In this document: in pieces, positions 18,721 through 29,427 of the stretch
Numbering within the stretch: position 1 is the first letter of the stretch
How the letters are laid out: the number at the start of each line of letters is the position of its first letter
From: a virus
IMG/VR virus record: IMGVR_UViG_3300036768_001501
Location: 27,514-91,513 of that record
DNA: 64,000 nucleotides
Strand: one strand, 5' to 3'
Translations under genes and position numbers: made by a program
Notes under the pieces: generated by a model
What the model was told of the DNA's origin: nothing
The model's input: only the letters and a program-made list of their open reading frames with translations
The model's database searches: none

Positions 18721-20235
18721 ATGCAGTTTGTGGTTTCCCTGTACTCCAGCCGAGCGATCGCTATGCCCGCAATGCGGGCGTATGAGGATATTGAGACGTA
18801 TGGCACCGTCCTGGCTGGGGTATCCCCAGGGAAACTGAAGACCGGCGAGCCAGTGCTTCCAATTCTAGCCGCGAATCCGGTCATTGTGCGTGAGATTAGT
18901 GTTTCAAGAAGGCAATCAATTGATGCCTCTGTGTCTATAGACATCTATCACACTGGGCTTGAGATTATAGATAAAGCGCGCGATGACTATCTACGTGTGC
19001 GCATCTATGCTGCCAAGTATGATGGGACAGACGTTACGCTCCTAGACCCAGTTTTTGATGGGAGCGTTATCAATATAGCATCATCTAGGGGGCGCGGAAT
19101 CATCACAATCGATGCCTCCGAGTACGATGACCGCATCGGCTCTATGTTCCCGCCAGAGCTGATTACTCGTGCCGACTTCCCCGACGCCCCAGACCTTGTT
19201 GCTGGAACCCTGAATAGGCAGATTGTGATCGGCCCGTTCCAGTACCCGATACCGGCAAGGCAAGTGGATCGCGATGGGCGTGTATTCTACATTTGCGACC
19301 CGCCGCTTTCTACTCCGCCTGCAATTGTATACGCCGACGGTAGGCTTGTGCCATCTAACAGTTACAGCTTTTTCGCTGGTCGGATGCAGAACAGCGGACT
19401 TGAGTACACTGGTCTGTTGTTCTCTCGCCCAGTGTCCGAAGTTGTTGGCAAGCCAGTGCAGTACGTGACCGTTTCGCATGGGCAAGGTATGCGCGCATCT
19501 AACGCGATTGAAGCACTGGCGCGCGTCTCTGGTATTGGTATTACGAGGCGGTTGACTGCGCTTGCGAAGGATATGGAAAGCGATTTTCCGATGTCCATCC
19601 TTCTCAATAAGCGCGATAATGCCTTCTCGATTCTCACCAAGCGCATTCTTCCGCAAACTCCATACATTACGCGCATGTACCTGGGCCTAGTTGATATTGT
19701 AGATGCGAATTTCAACAACTCACCAGTGGCTGAAATTCAGCCAGGAAATGGTTGGATTTCAGGACAGATTGGCGTTAGCCGCGCTGGTTTCGGCGATGTT
19801 GTCAATAACCTGCAGGTGAACGTTGGTATGACGCATCATGGCGGTCCGGCTCTGAGAAGGCCGCTCATGCAGATTGTCCGCAATGCGACAAACGGACCGT
19901 ACAATTTGCGCTCCATTGCAAGCCGCTCTCAATCAATCTACGGCCCGCGCGCACTCACAATTGATGCTGGTGATCTCATAGTGTACTGGGGACCTAATGG
20001 GCAGCCAATCAGTCCATCGGGGGAGCGACTGGCGAATTATATCATTCAGCACAGCGCCTTTGAGGGCGTGCGGTACACATACGCATGTTCAGATGATGCC
20101 CTTACAGTACTTAGTCTCGGTGACGTAGTGGAGTTAACAGACCCGCTGGTTGCCGAATCGACCGTGCGGGCCATAGTTGTAAGACAGGAGTTCAGCAGTG
20201 CTCCGACGATTACTTTTGAGCATATTTTTGCTTAG
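18721..20235 (+). CDS. Tail hub/baseplate-type protein
   Basis: Gene order plus hub-like motifs (VFDGSVINI...ITIDAS; LSLGDVVELTD near the C-terminus). Confidence 0.55.
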   Translation: MQFVVSLYSSRAIAMPAMRAYEDIETYGTVLAGVSPGKLKTGEPVLPILAANPVIVREISVSRRQSIDASVSIDIYHTGLEIIDKARDDYLRVRIYAAKYDGTDVTLLDPVFDGSVINIASSRGRGIITIDASEYDDRIGSMFPPELITRADFPDAPDLVAGTLNRQIVIGPFQYPIPARQVDRDGRVFYICDPPLSTPPAIVYADGRLVPSNSYSFFAGRMQNSGLEYTGLLFSRPVSEVVGKPVQYVTVSHGQGMRASNAIEALARVSGIGITRRLTALAKDMESDFPMSILLNKRDNAFSILTKRILPQTPYITRMYLGLVDIVDANFNNSPVAEIQPGNGWISGQIGVSRAGFGDVVNNLQVNVGMTHHGGPALRRPLMQIVRNATNGPYNLRSIASRSQSIYGPRALTIDAGDLIVYWGPNGQPISPSGERLANYIIQHSAFEGVRYTYACSDDALTVLSLGDVVELTDPLVAESTVRAIVVRQEFSSAPTITFEHIFA

Positions 20236-20584
20236 TTTGCCGGCGCACGCGCAGGTCAAGCCGCCAGCTATTGGCGACATTATGATGTCGTCGCCGGATG
20301 TCAGGAATTTGACAGAATCCTGCGTGCTGGCATTTTCCAAGCAAAAGAGGCAGTTTATCTGCGCGATCCGGATAGATGTTCAACTTTCTCCAGGGCGTGA
20401 AACACTTGTGTTCAATCCTTATGTTACTCAAGATAAGAAAGTCCTATGCGGTTGTGCGTACGGCTGTAACCCACAGGGTATGGTGCTCGGGTACTATTCG
20501 GTGTCCAATGTAGATAATGGCGGATTCAAAATTGACCACGCCTATGCAATTGGGAACGAAAAGATTAGTTGTATTGTGTATTAG
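20198..20584 (+). CDS. Small secreted Cys-containing protein
   Basis: Signal peptide MLRRLLLSIFLLSLPAHA-Q; ends in CIVY, like the 23976 and 33156 proteins. Confidence 0.6.
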   Translation: MLRRLLLSIFLLSLPAHAQVKPPAIGDIMMSSPDVRNLTESCVLAFSKQKRQFICAIRIDVQLSPGRETLVFNPYVTQDKKVLCGCAYGCNPQGMVLGYYSVSNVDNGGFKIDHAYAIGNEKISCIVY

Positions 20585-20623
20585 CAGCATGGTAAAATAG
20601 CGGCACTAAGAGAGAGGTAATCG

Positions 20624-20932
20624 ATGGCACCCGAAACCCGCGACGCAATTGCTATCGCAATTATCTGGTTGCTGATGCAGCTTCTTAAGGTTGCCAAGCG
20701 AAAGTTTGGGGATCGTGTGCCTGTCCTGAAGGGCATTGATGAGGATCAGCTTAAGAAGTTAATTCCTATTCTCTCCCTACTTTTGGCTGGTGGTGGGTAC
20801 GCGGCTGGCGCACTAGACGACCCACAGAGTGCAGTGGCTGTTGGTGGTTTGGCTGTAGCGGCCAACGAGGTTGGCAAGGCGACGGGTCGTCTAGTGCGCT
20901 CTATTGCTGGGAAGCCAAATGACCAACAATGA
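20624..20932 (+). CDS. Putative holin
   Basis: 102 aa with 2-3 hydrophobic segments, SD GAGGT, overlapping the endolysin start. Confidence 0.65.
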   Translation: MAPETRDAIAIAIIWLLMQLLKVAKRKFGDRVPVLKGIDEDQLKKLIPILSLLLAGGGYAAGALDDPQSAVAVGGLAVAANEVGKATGRLVRSIAGKPNDQQ

Positions 20933-21365
20933 ATACCTGCTCCTTCTCACCCTTGATGAGCTTGCTTTACTGCGCGGCCTTATCGCTGGCGAGGCCGAGG
21001 GGGAGCCGTACGTCGGCCAGGTGGCTGTGGCGTACGTCGCAAAAAACCGTGTCAAATATTCAAAGCAGGCCCTGGTTCCCTGGTGGCCCAGGAGCCTTAA
21101 GCAAGTCATTCTCCAGAAGCACCAGTTTTCCTGTTTTTGGGAAGACTGGGACAAAAGACGCAAAATCATTCTTGAGGCCATTCATTCGCCGGAGAAGTAC
21201 CAGAGGATCGATATGGCCGCGAAGGATGCTTACTATGAGCGGCTTCCTGACCCGACCCTGGGGGCGGATCATTACTTTTCCATCAATATTAAGCTGCCAA
21301 AGTGGGTAAAGTCAATGACGAAAACAGTGAGAATTGGGCGCCATGAATTCTACAAGTCAATCTAG
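20919..21365 (+). CDS. Endolysin, SleB/Hydrolase_2 cell-wall hydrolase family
   Basis: GEAEGE...GQVAVAYV.KNRV...QFSC...GADHYF...IGRHEFYK motifs. Confidence 0.88.
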   Translation: MTNNEYLLLLTLDELALLRGLIAGEAEGEPYVGQVAVAYVAKNRVKYSKQALVPWWPRSLKQVILQKHQFSCFWEDWDKRRKIILEAIHSPEKYQRIDMAAKDAYYERLPDPTLGADHYFSINIKLPKWVKSMTKTVRIGRHEFYKSI

Positions 21366-21753
21366 TGGTACTAAGACAAGGAAGAGGGGAAACGGCAGGT
21401 CCTGCGCCGAGATTGAGGTGCTAGCTAACCGCCTTGACATGCTAGAGAAGACTGTTGAGGGGCTGGCGCACTTGTCTCAGCAGATTGCCGAGATGTCGGC
21501 ACAGATGAACGGCATCAAGGCGGATTTGTCGCGGCTGATTCTCCATGTGGAGAATCCAGCAAGCGCTGATCGTTCTCTGATTGTTCGGATCAAGAGCGTG
21601 GAAGATAAACTGTCATCTATTGAAGATACCATTGGGAAAGCTAGTGATTTTGCTCGTCAGGTTGGCGTTAGACTGCTTGTGTACTTTATTGCTGGCATGG
21701 TGAGCGGCGGGGCTACGATTGCTGCCGTCCTGAAAGTACTTGCGGAGCACTGA
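21343..21753 (+). CDS. Coiled-coil protein with a C-terminal TM helix (lysis-associated, XhlA-like architecture)
   Basis: Heptad pattern plus LLVYFIAGMVSGGATIAAVL; adjacent to the endolysin. Confidence 0.55.
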   Translation: MNSTSQSSGTKTRKRGNGRSCAEIEVLANRLDMLEKTVEGLAHLSQQIAEMSAQMNGIKADLSRLILHVENPASADRSLIVRIKSVEDKLSSIEDTIGKASDFARQVGVRLLVYFIAGMVSGGATIAAVLKVLAEH

Positions 21754-21755
21754 GC

Positions 21756-22571
21756 ATGAGGAGAATCCTGGGATTAGCTCTAGGCGTATTTCTTTTGCTT
21801 ACCACGCGGGTGGCAAGTGCGCAGATTTATTATTTGATGCCTGGGGACTTGGTTCCTGCTTCTAGTGTTGCGCCAATTAATTTTCAAATTGTTGATCCAA
21901 CATTCAATGGCGTAACGGTGAATGGGCGGAGTCGTTGGCCGTATGCGCAAACAGGGTTTATGGCAAATGCATATCAGTCTGGATCGCCGAATTTTGATGA
22001 CGCGACCAACTACGATTACGGTGTTATGTTCGTGGTGCATCCTGAATTTGTTGGTCGTGATGATTCTTCAACCTTCCCGACAGTCGTGATTAAAGAAAGA
22101 GTGGTTTTCTTTTCGCTGGGAAACGCTGCAAGCTCATTTTCCCCACAGTATGTGTGTTTTAAGTTTCGCTACCAATGGATCAATGACGGCTCCTCTATTA
22201 ATGAAGCAAACAACTTTCGACCTGCGTCTGGATGGGGAGATAGCACTAATTGCGTGGATATAACAAATAAGCCTGCGCGTGAAATGATTAAAAGCGTGGT
22301 GACTATTCCAACTACAGTGATTGATGCAGCAACCAGTGGCAGTTGTACGCCTGGTACTACGCGGTGTCCACGCGGGACGTTAATCGGACACATTTATCGT
22401 ATACGCGCTAACGACATGTGTGGAGGTTCTGGTACACCATTTACCTGTTGCACTGGCAATGGCACTGGAAACTGTTGCGATGGGCCATCTAACAGCGCAA
22501 CAGCATGTAACATTCAACAAGAAAGCGTGCCAATCTGGGGCGTGAAGCTAGTTGTTGATGGTGGCCTATGA
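21756..22571 (+). CDS. Secreted Cys-rich beta protein
   Basis: Signal peptide ending ASA-Q; CGGSGTPFTCCTGNGTGNC motif. Confidence 0.7.
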   Translation: MRRILGLALGVFLLLTTRVASAQIYYLMPGDLVPASSVAPINFQIVDPTFNGVTVNGRSRWPYAQTGFMANAYQSGSPNFDDATNYDYGVMFVVHPEFVGRDDSSTFPTVVIKERVVFFSLGNAASSFSPQYVCFKFRYQWINDGSSINEANNFRPASGWGDSTNCVDITNKPAREMIKSVVTIPTTVIDAATSGSCTPGTTRCPRGTLIGHIYRIRANDMCGGSGTPFTCCTGNGTGNCCDGPSNSATACNIQQESVPIWGVKLVVDGGL

Positions 22572-23257
22572 CTACGGTGCGTGCTTTTGCAATTTTACTT
22601 TGTATATTTCTGTTGCCAGCCGGAGTTAATGCGCAGCTTGCTTACGGCAAGGGCTTCGTGCCGGCGACTGCTCTTTTCCCCTCTTCCGGAACATCGTGTA
22701 CTCTACAGAGTTCCATTGGGGACAATACGGTTAAGAACAGAACATACTGGTGGAGCTGCACTGTCGGTAGCTCAACCACGGCGCGGTTCTCCTTTGTATC
22801 ACCAGCGCTTGGGGCGACTTATGGGCAAGCTGCCGTTGCTGTGCGGATTATGAACTCCAACACGGCAGCGAAGGACATTTGCGCGGTTTTTTCTAGCCAT
22901 GCCTACTTTTCGGCTGGCGCATTGCAAGTGAACCAGACGGGTTCAAACTGGCGTAATACCGCATGGACCGGCGGCTCATTGGGGAACGCCCAACAGGTAA
23001 CAATTTCTGCAAACACAACTCCGTGGTTGCTAATGGCAGCGCCGTCTGCGTCTGCCGCTGGCCCATCAATCATTGATGTTATGAACGCTTCCCCATCCCC
23101 AGCTTCGTCGGCAAATGAAATTGTTGTTCGTGAGGTAATCATTGGTGGGTGCAGCAACTTTTGTAGCGGGACAACACCGCCTACATGCTGTAACCCTAGT
23201 AGTTGCTCTTCAGACTATTCAGGTACGGTGAGAATCTATGGGGTTCATTTTTACTAA
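22568..23257 (+). CDS. Secreted Cys-rich beta protein
   Basis: Signal peptide ending VNA-Q; C-terminal GC..C...CC...C......VR.YGV pattern shared with neighbouring genes. Confidence 0.7.
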   Translation: MTTVRAFAILLCIFLLPAGVNAQLAYGKGFVPATALFPSSGTSCTLQSSIGDNTVKNRTYWWSCTVGSSTTARFSFVSPALGATYGQAAVAVRIMNSNTAAKDICAVFSSHAYFSAGALQVNQTGSNWRNTAWTGGSLGNAQQVTISANTTPWLLMAAPSASAAGPSIIDVMNASPSPASSANEIVVREVIIGGCSNFCSGTTPPTCCNPSSCSSDYSGTVRIYGVHFY

Positions 23258-23957
23258 TGCAGTTGCGTTGCTGTTTTTGGCCAGCGTGGCTCAGGCCATC
23301 AGCTATACGTACACTTATGGCCCACAGTCTCTGATTGTGCAGCCAATGCTGGACGGCTCTACGGACGCTCCGAGTGATTGCGTATTGATCAATGACACTT
23401 TAGTTGCTGGCACGACCAGCCCTCATGCGCGCGTTCTGTACTGTAGGAATAATGAGGACCAGAACAATGAAGGTGTTTTTGGCATTCATGGGATTGTGCC
23501 AGTAGGGGCTACGCGCTTTGATATTATCGTTGATGTATACTCAGAGAGTGCTTCTAGTGGAAATCTTTGCGCTGTGGTGAACAATACGGTCATTGCGCAG
23601 TGGGCTTTTACCGACGCTGGTATAAAGCAGGGGGTGCGATACGATAGTGGGCCGGATGACTCTTTTGTGTCTGGCCTTTCTGGTGTTCTTGGCCCAGTTG
23701 CGGTGTCTGGAGCCAAAAGGCGCGTAAAGTTGAGCGCTAATAATGTGCAGTTGGCTTACATTGATAGTATTGGCAATCGCCAATACTGCGGTGGTACGAT
23801 ATGCAATGAGCAGTACTTCCGCATGGAAGTGTACATTCAGGGATGCCAGAGGCTTTGTTCGTTTGTATCCCCGCAATTTTCATGTTGCGGCACTAGCTCA
23901 TGTACCGATATTGGCAAAGTAAAAGTCCTTGGCGTGACCCTGAATTTACATGACTAA
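23238..23957 (+). CDS. Secreted Cys-rich beta protein
   Basis: Signal peptide ending AQA-I; C-terminus GCQRLC...CC...C...VKVLGV resembles the previous gene. Confidence 0.7.
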   Translation: MGFIFTNAVALLFLASVAQAISYTYTYGPQSLIVQPMLDGSTDAPSDCVLINDTLVAGTTSPHARVLYCRNNEDQNNEGVFGIHGIVPVGATRFDIIVDVYSESASSGNLCAVVNNTVIAQWAFTDAGIKQGVRYDSGPDDSFVSGLSGVLGPVAVSGAKRRVKLSANNVQLAYIDSIGNRQYCGGTICNEQYFRMEVYIQGCQRLCSFVSPQFSCCGTSSCTDIGKVKVLGVTLNLHD

Positions 23958-23975
23958 GGTTTACGGGGATGCGGT

Positions 23976-26900
23976 TTGTGGCTTGGTGTAGCAACACTAT
24001 TGGCGATTTTCTCGTTGGCAACCAGTGCGCTTGCGCAGCAAGCGCAAACTGCCGTTCAATTATCTGGGGGTCCAAACACTCAATCTTATATTGAACTTCC
24101 TGGTAGCGTCACCTACCATAGCAGTACAGGGATTTCGCTTTCCGCCTGGATCAAGTGGGATGGGAAGCGCTATTCTGGAGCTAGCGAGGCCGACTGGATG
24201 TCGGTCATATTCAAGGGGAATTTTAGCTCCGGTGCTTATGGTATTCTAATTAGCCGCTCCGACAGCAATAGCTCCAACGAGATTCGCTGTTACTACGGCT
24301 CTGGTGCTTATGTATCTTACGCTGTAACAAGTGGTCTTGATACTAACTGGCACCATATCGCGTGTACCATTGCGCCAAGTCCTAGTAATAACGTCAAGAT
24401 ATACCTAGACGGCTCTGTTGTTGCGAACCAGGCCGTTACTTTTTCCATTACTGACAATACTGCTTGGCCACTCCGCATTGGTGGTCATAACGGTTCACAG
24501 TACTATTATTTCGGCGGCCTGATTGATGATGTACGTATCCACAGTTCTGCTGTAGCGTCGACCGAGATTTCCGGCTTTTACAATAGCGGCAATGGTACGT
24601 GCCAAAATACAGGCGCTTTGTCTTTCTATTATCCTCTGGACGGTCATGGCACGAACATGGTTGGGACAAGCGGGGATTATACAAATATTGTCAATGCGTC
24701 CTGGTCACCGAGCGGGAAACTTGATTGTCGTGGCGGTAAGTTCGGTCGCGATTCGGCTGGCACAGAGACAACAACATACTTGGAGTTAGCCGATTCCACT
24801 TCGCTTGACCCGTCCACGACCATGACCGTTGAGGCGTGGTTCAAGTGGGACGGCGCTACGGCAGGTGCGCCAAACGACTGGATGTCGATTGTCTCCAAGG
24901 GGACATATAGCAGCGGCGAGTATGTCATTCTCATGAACCGCGCATCTAATACGTCTCAGCGCGAGCTGCGTTGTTATTTCACCAACAGCTATGTAAGTAC
25001 TTATGTTCCTGTTGATCTGCTGACGAGCTGGAACTACGTTGCCTGCACTCGCAACTCCTCCCAGATGAAGATTTATCTAAACGGGCAGCTTATGAGCACA
25101 GTGACGGCCCCGGCCTCGCAAGCAAACAATACGTCGCCATTGCGTATTGGCGTCCAGTCCGATGGCGGGTATCGGTTTGTCGGCCTGATTGACGATGTGC
25201 GCGTTTATAATTCCGAGCTCAGTGCTTATGATATTTACCGTAGGTACAACATGGGTGGTGGTCCATGCGACGTATCTACGTCAGCAAATCCGTTCTTTGT
25301 TGCCACGCTAAATGGCGGGCGTAGAGTAGCGGTTGGTACTAGTGGCACGCCGACGCTTGCAACTCTGTCTTCAACATCACCGCTTTGGGATACTGGTATT
25401 GTGCCGTGCGCCGATATTCCAGACCAGATTGCTGGCGGGCAGGAGATTCAGTTTACCCCAACGCCGACCAGAACACCAACGAACACGCATACACCTAGCC
25501 GTACTCCAACCAATACCCCCACGAACACACCAACTAACACCCCGACATTTACACCAACGAGAACCAATACTCCGACAAACACACCAACTAGTACTCCAAC
25601 CCCAACCGTAACTCCACTCGGCGGCGGTCAGGAAGTGCAATTCACTAGCACGCCAACTAGGACCCCGACTAACACACCGACTAACACGCCTACATTCACG
25701 CACACGCATACACCAACCAACACCCCTACGAATACACCAACTAATACTCACACAAATACACCAACTAATACTCCCACAAGGACGCCGACGAACACACCTA
25801 CGAACACGCCAACAAGCACTCCTACTCCCACGGTGACTCCACTTGGTGGTGGACAAGAGGTTCAATTCACTAGTACCCCGACAAGAACACCAACTAATAC
25901 GTCCACTCAAACACCAACTAACACGCCCACTCGCACGCCAACCCACACGCCAACTAACACACCAACATTTACATTTACAAATACTCCAACCAGAACACCA
26001 ACGAATACACCTACGAACACTCCGACAAACACACCAACTAGTACTCCAACCCCAACCGTAACTCCACTCGGCGGCGGTCAGGAAGTGCAATTCACTAGCA
26101 CGCCAACTAGGACCCCGACTAACACACCGACTCGCACGCCGACTAACACGCCAACTAGGACATCAACAAGCACTCCAACCAATACTCCAACCAGCACGCC
26201 GACTTCAACCTCAACGCGAACTTATACCCCGACTAACACGCCGACCAGTACGCCGACCCCTACGGTTACCCCGCTCGGCGGCGGGCAGGAGGTTCAGTTC
26301 ACAGCTACTCCCACACGTACCCCGACCGGGACGCCGACTAACACGCCGACCGGTACACCGACTTACACCCCAACGCGGACGCCCACAAACACGCCAACAA
26401 ATACTCCAACAAATACGCCCACCCAGACATCGACGCAGACACCAACGCCGACCGTAACCCCACTAGGTGGCGGGCAGGAGATTCAGTTCACAGCTACCCC
26501 TACCAGGACTTATACCAGAACCCAGACCATGACGCCGACCGTGACTAATACCGTAACTCCAACCAGGACCAGTACGCCAACCATTACGCCAACTAGTACT
26601 CCAACCCCAACCGTAACCCCACTCGGTGGTGGTCAGGAAGTGCAGTTCACCAGCACCCCGACAAGGACCCCGACAAATACGCCCACTCGAACACCAACAA
26701 ACACTAGCACCGTTACACCGACACGAACGCCTACCCCAACATCAAGCCCAACTACTACGGTAACCAGTACTAGTACGCCAACAGTTACCCCGACGCCAAC
26801 GGCGACTCCACTAGGTGGTGGTCAGGAAATTCAGTTTACCGCTACGCCTACGCGCACTTTCACCCCAAGCATTACACCTACCGGAACCATTCCGCCCTCA

Positions 26901-27800
26901 AGCACACCAACCAGGACACAAACACCGAGCAATACTCCAACGGTAACACCTACGCCCACCCAAACACCGCTCGGTGGCGGGCAGGAGATTCAGTTCACAG
27001 CTACCCCTACCAGGACTTATACGTTTACTCCAAGCCCATCTCACACTGCTACATTTACCCCGACAGATACTCCAACTGGTCAACCCACAAGTACGCCCAC
27101 ACGCACGCCAACGTCGACTGTTACCGGACTGCCAACGAATACACCAACTGCAACTCCAACTCCGACAGTTACGCCGCTCGGCGGTGGGCAAGAGGTGCAG
27201 TTTACCCCAACTCGTACAGCAACTGGCACACCTACGCCTACATCTACGCTAACGCCGACTGGCACTCCAACTGATACGGCAACGCCAACGCCCACCCCGC
27301 TTTATTCTTATACACCTACGCCGCTCGCTACCCCAACACCATCGCCTTTAGGTGGCGGTCAAGAGGTGCAGTTTACGCCAACCAGAACCGTTACGCCCAC
27401 GCCTACAATGACCAACACAATGACCCCAACCCCAACGAATGTGCCGACCAGGACTCCGACTCCGACATTGCCTGGCACTTATACACCTACGCCCATCACG
27501 ACGCCGACCCCGAAGCGCGAAGAGAAGGTCACCACGCACAGGCTGTTTGCGGACTGCGCTGACTTCACTACTCAGACCGGAGCCTGGGTGACTAGATATT
27601 TGACTTTCTCAAGACAGCCGTACGACGGTAGCGTTGCGTACTGCTGGCTACCTGGTGGCGGTGGTAGGATTATGTCAATGGATACCCGAATTACTTCCGC
27701 GCATGCATTCCTAACTATCGGAATTTACGCAACTAGGCCAGGCAATCCGCGATTACGGGCTTGCTGTCTGATTTACAGTTCCGAGCAGAGGTTTGAATGA
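23976..27800 (+). CDS. Secreted protein: two LamG/ConA-like domains, a ~700-aa Pro/Thr stalk and a Cys C-terminal domain
   Basis: Signal peptide ending ALA-Q. Two copies of the LamG pattern (AW.KWDG...W..IAC...KIYL.G...FGGLIDDVR). Eleven GGQE(V/I)QFT-punctuated TPT repeats. Confidence 0.85.
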   Translation: MWLGVATLLAIFSLATSALAQQAQTAVQLSGGPNTQSYIELPGSVTYHSSTGISLSAWIKWDGKRYSGASEADWMSVIFKGNFSSGAYGILISRSDSNSSNEIRCYYGSGAYVSYAVTSGLDTNWHHIACTIAPSPSNNVKIYLDGSVVANQAVTFSITDNTAWPLRIGGHNGSQYYYFGGLIDDVRIHSSAVASTEISGFYNSGNGTCQNTGALSFYYPLDGHGTNMVGTSGDYTNIVNASWSPSGKLDCRGGKFGRDSAGTETTTYLELADSTSLDPSTTMTVEAWFKWDGATAGAPNDWMSIVSKGTYSSGEYVILMNRASNTSQRELRCYFTNSYVSTYVPVDLLTSWNYVACTRNSSQMKIYLNGQLMSTVTAPASQANNTSPLRIGVQSDGGYRFVGLIDDVRVYNSELSAYDIYRRYNMGGGPCDVSTSANPFFVATLNGGRRVAVGTSGTPTLATLSSTSPLWDTGIVPCADIPDQIAGGQEIQFTPTPTRTPTNTHTPSRTPTNTPTNTPTNTPTFTPTRTNTPTNTPTSTPTPTVTPLGGGQEVQFTSTPTRTPTNTPTNTPTFTHTHTPTNTPTNTPTNTHTNTPTNTPTRTPTNTPTNTPTSTPTPTVTPLGGGQEVQFTSTPTRTPTNTSTQTPTNTPTRTPTHTPTNTPTFTFTNTPTRTPTNTPTNTPTNTPTSTPTPTVTPLGGGQEVQFTSTPTRTPTNTPTRTPTNTPTRTSTSTPTNTPTSTPTSTSTRTYTPTNTPTSTPTPTVTPLGGGQEVQFTATPTRTPTGTPTNTPTGTPTYTPTRTPTNTPTNTPTNTPTQTSTQTPTPTVTPLGGGQEIQFTATPTRTYTRTQTMTPTVTNTVTPTRTSTPTITPTSTPTPTVTPLGGGQEVQFTSTPTRTPTNTPTRTPTNTSTVTPTRTPTPTSSPTTTVTSTSTPTVTPTPTATPLGGGQEIQFTATPTRTFTPSITPTGTIPPSSTPTRTQTPSNTPTVTPTPTQTPLGGGQEIQFTATPTRTYTFTPSPSHTATFTPTDTPTGQPTSTPTRTPTSTVTGLPTNTPTATPTPTVTPLGGGQEVQFTPTRTATGTPTPTSTLTPTGTPTDTATPTPTPLYSYTPTPLATPTPSPLGGGQEVQFTPTRTVTPTPTMTNTMTPTPTNVPTRTPTPTLPGTYTPTPITTPTPKREEKVTTHRLFADCADFTTQTGAWVTRYLTFSRQPYDGSVAYCWLPGGGGRIMSMDTRITSAHAFLTIGIYATRPGNPRLRACCLIYSSEQRFE
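25569..26132 (+). repeat. Exact 114-bp direct repeat inside the Pro/Thr stalk
   Basis: 25569-25682 is identical to 26019-26132 (offset 450 bp). Confidence 0.9.
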
Positions 27801-27845
27801 TTTTGGTTGCCTTTATGATATAATCAAATGCAACAGGAGAGTACC

Positions 27846-28916
27846 ATGAAGAGAGCAATTTTGGCCCTAGCTCTTATGTTTGTAGCTTCTATTTCTCGTG
27901 CTGCCTGGCGCGAGGAGGTGAACGGCATCAATGGCGTGCCGATGCCGTCGCGCATGACGCAGTTTGACGTAGATGACAATGGTGATATTTATGTAGCCCA
28001 AACGTCGTTTACCGCTGACCGGCACGGCCTTGCTGTTGTGAGGCGCATCCACAACCGTATCTCCGACGTTGTGTTTGCCTATGAAACCAGGGCAACGGGA
28101 ATTGGTTGCACCGTGTTACTGGATATTCGGAACGGCCATAAGCTTGTCTATTTCATGTGCAGTAGCAGCGAACGTGGGGTTTACGACATTGACGCAGGTA
28201 CGACTAACCCAGTTCCGTACCTGAATCAGCCAATGCGCATGCTGGCACTGAACGACGGACTGTATTTTTCGCCATACGCCCAGCTTGTGAAGTTGGCGGA
28301 CGGAACGTTGTCAACAGTGTTTGGTAGCGGGACTCGGTTCGCTTGCGATTCCTCCGGTACCGATGCTCCACTCATCAGCTCTATGGCCTATCTAAATAAG
28401 TGGTATTTTGCTGAAACTGCTTGTTATGGGATCGGATCGCTTTGGCGCCTGAACGGCAGGGGCGCGGAGCGGATTACCAGCTTTACCGGCGCACAACCAA
28501 GTGTTGGACAAAGTATAATCGGAAGCAAAGTGCAGTCACCCGCTCTTGATGGTCGCGGCAATCTCTTGGCCGTACTGGATCGCGCTACGTCAACAGTTTA
28601 TCTTTTGGGCGAAGACCTGGTTGTGACAGGAGCCGTTGACTCTGTGCCGGTTTCTTCTGGTTCGTTTGCGCGCGTAATTCTCGGGCCACGTCGTGTGTAC
28701 GTGCTGGACGTGCAGCGGGAGACTATCTATTCGGAACAGATTCCTGGCATGCCGGAGCCGACCAACACGCCTGAGGTTCCTACGGCCACGCCGACAAGTC
28801 CACCGGTTCCAACGAACACGCCAGAGCCAACCGCGACAGTGCCTGCACCTGTGTGTCCGGCTGCGGTTTGTGATGCACTAAGATCAGCCGCAACGCTTTG
28901 CGGGTGTAACTTGTAA
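27846..28916 (+). CDS. Secreted NHL/beta-propeller-like protein with a Pro/Thr tail
   Basis: SD AGGAG; signal peptide MKRAILALALMFVASISRA; FDVDDNGDIYVA blade-like motif; PT linker. Confidence 0.65.
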   Translation: MKRAILALALMFVASISRAAWREEVNGINGVPMPSRMTQFDVDDNGDIYVAQTSFTADRHGLAVVRRIHNRISDVVFAYETRATGIGCTVLLDIRNGHKLVYFMCSSSERGVYDIDAGTTNPVPYLNQPMRMLALNDGLYFSPYAQLVKLADGTLSTVFGSGTRFACDSSGTDAPLISSMAYLNKWYFAETACYGIGSLWRLNGRGAERITSFTGAQPSVGQSIIGSKVQSPALDGRGNLLAVLDRATSTVYLLGEDLVVTGAVDSVPVSSGSFARVILGPRRVYVLDVQRETIYSEQIPGMPEPTNTPEVPTATPTSPPVPTNTPEPTATVPAPVCPAAVCDALRSAATLCGCNL

Positions 28917-28935
28917 GTCAAGAAGGAGCTCAGGC

Positions 28936-29427
28936 ATGGTGTACGTGCTTCTCGTGTGTTCGTGGCTGTTCACTAGCGTTGCTTATGCACAAGCAGATCG
29001 TGGCCTCGGGATTCAGACAGCGGCTACGCCAACCGCCGTGATTGATGCGCATTGTTATAACTATAACGGGGAACAAAGGTGCGCTGACAAGATTATTGAT
29101 TCCCCACGCTGGAACCGCATCTACCAAGGCCCATTTGTAGGCGGTACTCCTGGTACGCCTACACCGGCGATACCACCAACACCGACGGTTGGGGCTGGTA
29201 CGCCAACGCCTATTCCTGCTTCCTGGTGCTACTGTTGCGCTAGGGGTCCGACACCTAATACGGGGCGAGTCTTGGTGTCCGTTGGTCCACAACCGTGGGG
29301 TGGCCCTGGTATTTATTTATCGGACTCGGATTGCGTGCGCTATCCCGCTCCGGCAACAGGTGATTGTTCCAACTTGTACGTAACCAGGCAGAACGTAGGA
29401 GACTACGTACGATGCGACATGCAGTAA
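28936..29427 (+). CDS. Secreted Cys-rich protein with a PT linker
   Basis: SD AGGAG; signal peptide ending AYA-Q. Confidence 0.65.
   Translation: MVYVLLVCSWLFTSVAYAQADRGLGIQTAATPTAVIDAHCYNYNGEQRCADKIIDSPRWNRIYQGPFVGGTPGTPTPAIPPTPTVGAGTPTPIPASWCYCCARGPTPNTGRVLVSVGPQPWGGPGIYLSDSDCVRYPAPATGDCSNLYVTRQNVGDYVRCDMQ

Noticed and set aside
25377-27539. Antisense Val/Gly/Trp/Cys-rich ORFs, also at 33198-33999
   Set aside because: They are reverse-frame or alternate-frame shadows of the Pro/Thr repeats.
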